From Thermoanaerobaculia bacterium (lineage in GTDB: Bacteria; Acidobacteriota; Thermoanaerobaculia; Gp7-AA8), in contig DASYLL010000251.1 in NCBI GenBank assembly GCA_036009605.1, positions 1 through 59,364 on the forward strand: a DNA stretch of 59,364 bases, written 5' to 3'. The notes beneath the pieces are model-generated. The model ran no database searches and was not told where the DNA came from. It worked only from the letters and a program-made list of their open reading frames with translations. Each line of letters starts with the position of its first letter. The first letter of the stretch is position 1. A program made the translations under genes and the position numbers. Of this stretch, positions 56,220 to 59,364 are shown piece after piece.

Positions 56220-57416
56220 ATGGACCAATCCTGGCTGGAGATCGCACGCCGTTATAGGAATCTAAGCGAAATCGAGAGATCCGAGTATTGGACTGGCCTG
56301 ACTACCGATCAGCGGTCAGCGCTAGAGCAAGCGTTGCGCCAGCTTCAGCCGATGCCTCCGAGCTCGCCAAACACCATGCAGCCGTCTGCGTCGCGTGGTT
56401 GCGGCTGCGGCTGTGGAAGATTCTTCGGGAAGGGATGCTTAATTTTTCTCATCACTATTGTCGTTCTGGCACTGCTGAACAATCTGCCTTGGTTCGCAAC
56501 ACCTGCGACCGATCGCTTCGCGCTCTGGCCTGATAGCACACGCGACGCGTTGTCGTTCTATCCGCCGATCGAACCAATCGTCTCAGACCTTGAGAACTCA
56601 CAGGACTACGAGGTGACGTTCTTTCCCGCCCAGGTACTAAGCCGCTGGCTCAAGATATCAAACATCGATCTATCGGCCGTGTCTGAGGTTGCCCTTCTCA
56701 ACGTCGTTCAGGACGGTGGCGGCTGGTGGTACAAAGATCTGGAGTTCGGCTATGACGAGATCACCTCAGCGATAGCTATCGTTAAATTGTCGAATAACGA
56801 GCCCGACATCCTCCAGCGACTGCCCACCTCGACCGGTACGCGTACCACGATAGGGGGAAAGCCCGCGATCGCGTTTGACAATCCGTTTCCGTGGTTAGAA
56901 GAGGAGCGACGTCGTATGAAGCGCCCAGCGATCGAACCATGGTTCATGACGACGCTCGACCAACAAACAGTTATCATTGGCGGTCGCACTGCGGTGGAGT
57001 ACGTCCTGAATACGGCGTCTGGCTCTCGCGATGCCATAACGTCCCGACGCGTTATGCGTCCGCTTCTGAAAGACATGGAATCGTTCAGAACGGTACGGGC
57101 GTATTTCGTATCTCCCACCAAGGAGAAGGCGATCCCTGTTGTGCACGAAGTCGTGCAAATCCTCACTGCTATTCCGGGGCTCGATCTTGTGTATAAATAT
57201 CGCGCGCGGGCGTTTGGGTTTTCGTCACTGCCGGACGGCCGGTGCACACGCACGGTCGGGTATCAGTATAAAACCCGTGGTGCCGGTTTCATTCATACCG
57301 CGTTCTTACGGACAGGCACCGCTGAGGGTTATGTTGTTCATGGCGGCAGCGGTCTCGCGGTGTTTACGGAGCCGGTTGCTTGTGCTGACATTCTCGGCGG
57401 TTCGAACCACAACTGA
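56220..57416 (+). CDS. membrane-anchored hypothetical protein
   Basis: 398-aa ORF with one TM helix (CLIFLITIVVLALLNNL) after a Cys/Gly-rich stretch. Confidence 0.5.
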   Translation: MDQSWLEIARRYRNLSEIERSEYWTGLTTDQRSALEQALRQLQPMPPSSPNTMQPSASRGCGCGCGRFFGKGCLIFLITIVVLALLNNLPWFATPATDRFALWPDSTRDALSFYPPIEPIVSDLENSQDYEVTFFPAQVLSRWLKISNIDLSAVSEVALLNVVQDGGGWWYKDLEFGYDEITSAIAIVKLSNNEPDILQRLPTSTGTRTTIGGKPAIAFDNPFPWLEEERRRMKRPAIEPWFMTTLDQQTVIIGGRTAVEYVLNTASGSRDAITSRRVMRPLLKDMESFRTVRAYFVSPTKEKAIPVVHEVVQILTAIPGLDLVYKYRARAFGFSSLPDGRCTRTVGYQYKTRGAGFIHTAFLRTGTAEGYVVHGGSGLAVFTEPVACADILGGSNHN

Positions 57417-58104
57417 CGCTTATGCCTTGGCGACTACAACGTTCTCGATCAGCTCACATCACCGCGATGAAGTAGCAACCGGCGGCGGCTCTAACGTCAT
57501 CCTTTCGTGGTGTGAGCGGCGGTGAGCCCCTCGCCCTGCTTGACGAGCGATTCACTCATGAACGGATCGCCGAGATCACCGACAACGACCCAGAGACGTG
57601 ATTGCGCTTGTGATGGATGGCATGCCGCGATAGCAGCGCACCAGCGCGACCCAGATGGCACGGAGCGTCTAATGAGTCAGCGAATAGGGATTCCGCTATC
57701 AGATTTTAAACAGAATCTGAGCACGCTCGTTTTGACCGACGCGGCTTACAACCAACGCTTCTTTGATCGCGCCCTGCAGTCTGCGATTGAGTCCCATCGG
57801 GTTCGGCAGTCCCAATGATTGCAGACGTTCAACCTCAGACGAACGTCGCAGCGAGCCGACGCCTTTCCACCCCAAGCCAGTCGCGCAAATCGCATGTACC
57901 TCAAGATGTGCGAAACGAGGAGACTGTCGTTCGCGGCGATGTCGCGCGGAGATCGCCTTAGTGTCACAGCGTGGAGTTCCGCAGAAAACTGCTCCTCGCT
58001 CATCCCTGCGCGGAGATAGCTTCACAGTACGGAGCGTCCGCAAGCAGCGATTTAAGAGCAATGGCCTTCAGTTAAGCGATCATTGCTAGGACTGAAGGGA
58101 GGGC

Positions 58105-59286
58105 GTGATGGGGGTGCCGGCCGGGAGGTTCGAGAGCGCGAAGGCACGAGTAGGAGTTCTCGCGGAAGCATTTCCGCTGGAGACGGTGCAGGCGATTCTT
58201 GCGGCGACAGGATGGGTGGGAAAGCGGAAGCGACTGCTGCCTGCATCGATGATGGTGTACTACGTCATCGCGCTGGGCCTGTTTGTTGGAGTGGGTTGTC
58301 GAGAGGTGCTTCGTCGGTTGTTGGACGGAGCGATGTGGATCTGGCCGAACGAGGTTCGGGTGGCGACCGAATCGGCGATCACGCAGGCCCGGCAGCGACT
58401 GGGATCGATTCCGATCGAGAAGCTCTACGAAGAGGTGGTCGTTCCGATCGCGAAAAAGATCACGCGAGGTGCGTGGTACCGAGCGTGGCGAGTGGTGAGT
58501 ATCGACGGGTTCATTCTCGATGTAGCCGAATCGGAAGAGAACGTGAAGGCATTCGGCCGGCCCGGGGCATCCCGAGGCAAGAGCGCGTACCCGCAGGTGC
58601 GGGTGGTCGCCTTTCTCGAGAATGGAACGCATGTGTTTTTCGGGGCTGAGATGGATCGGTGTGACGTTGGGGAGATCACCATCGCGAAGCGGATCCTGGG
58701 GAAACTGCGGAAGAACATGCTCTGTCTGGCGGATCGCAATTTTCTCTGCTATCCGCTGTGGCAACAGGCAGTTGCGAGCGGAGCCAAGCTGGTGTGGCGA
58801 GCGAAGTTGCAGTTGGTGATTCCGAAGATCCGGAAGCTTTCAGACGGATCGTATCTGGCCAGGATTTATCCCTCACCAAAGCATCGACGCGCTGATCGCG
58901 AGGGGATCCTGGTGCGCTTGGTGGACTACCGGATCGACGGGTTTCGAGAGAAATACCGCCTGGTGACCAACATCCTTGATCCGACTCAGGCACCAGCGCT
59001 CGAACTGGCGGAACTTTACTCGGAGCGCTGGACAATCGAGACTGCGATCGACGAACTCAAGACGCATCTGCGCGGCAGCAAAGTCGTCCTTCGCAGCAAG
59101 CTGCCAGAGTTGGTTCGACAGGATGTCTTCGGGCTCCTTTTGGCGCACTATGGCGTGCGGTTTGTTATGCACGATGCCGCGCTTTCCGAAGACATCTCGG
59201 CCGACGAGCTCTCATTCGTGCACACGCTTCGAGTGGTCCATCGAAAGCTGCCCTGGTTCGTTTCTTTTTCCCCCTCGGGAGCGTAG
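58105..59286 (+). CDS. IS4-family DDE transposase (with IS4 N-terminal domain); 3' end apparently frame-disrupted
   Basis: N-terminus ..AILAATGWVGKRKRLLPASMMVYYVIALGLF.., then VSIDGF.., ..CLADRNF.., ..YSERWTIETAIDELK. After the TAG at 59284 the +1 frame continues with the transposase-like YVYDLMRAETLEERVRRRPGRHYPR. Confidence 0.8.
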   Translation: MMGVPAGRFESAKARVGVLAEAFPLETVQAILAATGWVGKRKRLLPASMMVYYVIALGLFVGVGCREVLRRLLDGAMWIWPNEVRVATESAITQARQRLGSIPIEKLYEEVVVPIAKKITRGAWYRAWRVVSIDGFILDVAESEENVKAFGRPGASRGKSAYPQVRVVAFLENGTHVFFGAEMDRCDVGEITIAKRILGKLRKNMLCLADRNFLCYPLWQQAVASGAKLVWRAKLQLVIPKIRKLSDGSYLARIYPSPKHRRADREGILVRLVDYRIDGFREKYRLVTNILDPTQAPALELAELYSERWTIETAIDELKTHLRGSKVVLRSKLPELVRQDVFGLLLAHYGVRFVMHDAALSEDISADELSFVHTLRVVHRKLPWFVSFSPSGA

Positions 59287-59364
59287 TTACGTGTACGACC
59301 TGATGCGGGCCGAGACGTTGGAAGAGCGAGTTCGCCGGCGACCCGGCCGACACTATCCACGAGG

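Larger units (their letters stand above)
26861..59364. mobile_element. mosaic genomic island integrated next to tRNA-Asn (distal end not in or not found in the window)
   Basis: tRNA followed by an excisionase and tyrosine integrase. Downstream are ORFans with visibly lower GC stretches, IS remnants, two further recombinase types, plasmid/ICE-type genes and an IS4 transposase. Confidence 0.7.

Noticed and set aside
1-59364. CRISPR arrays, rRNA genes, retron or group II intron RNAs
   Set aside because: I saw no regularly spaced direct repeats, no rRNA-like segments and no reverse transcriptase ORF. The only periodic repeats are the heptamer/octamer hairpins reported above.
26861-59364. attR copy of the tRNA-Asn 3' end inside the window
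   Set aside because: I looked for the ..ggttcgagccctaccgccacagc.. segment downstream and found no convincing copy. The only ttcgagccc match, at about 16650, is inside the TonB receptor gene and is coincidental.

Overview
High-GC bacterial chromosome segment; the gene content (carboxypeptidase-regulatory-type TonB receptor, PEGA and TPR kinase proteins) suggests an Acidobacteria-like organism, but this is a low-confidence inference. Positions 1-26.8 kb are ordinary core genome: a tandem pair of secreted paralogues, a STAS/anti-sigma kinase partner-switching pair, selD, an EF-G-family GTPase, a Ser/Thr kinase, a short TldD/PmbA-like pair, an acyl-CoA carboxyltransferase, a TonB-dependent receptor, the rplU-rpmA-obg-nadD-rsfS-(AAA+ activator)-rlmH cluster, a DksA-like protein, an MFS transporter and pxpA. 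Several core intergenic gaps hold long hairpins built from short-period repeats. A tRNA-Asn(GTT) at 26784-26860 marks the start of a mosaic genomic island that runs to the window edge; its far boundary was not found. The island begins with an excisionase and tyrosine integrase. It then carries ORFan genes: a 721-aa two-TM protein, a metzincin protease, and a small tyrosine recombinase bracketed by perfect 18-bp inverted repeats. A low-GC ORFan cassette follows: an ~826-aa protein tightly coupled to a VapC-like PIN nuclease, convergent with a 1295-aa membrane-anchored giant. After decayed IS5/IS3 remnants comes a nested plasmid/ICE-like module (domain-permuted primase, P-loop NTPase, coupling-type ATPase, RuvC-like protein, ParB, DUF932-like protein) bounded by a large serine recombinase. 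The window ends with a truncated second serine recombinase and an IS4-family transposase. The PIN-containing ORFan cassette is my best candidate for an undescribed (defence or TA-like) system, and the IR-bracketed recombinase is the second most interesting structure. No CRISPR array or rRNA was seen. All functional calls rest on motif recognition by eye, not database searches.
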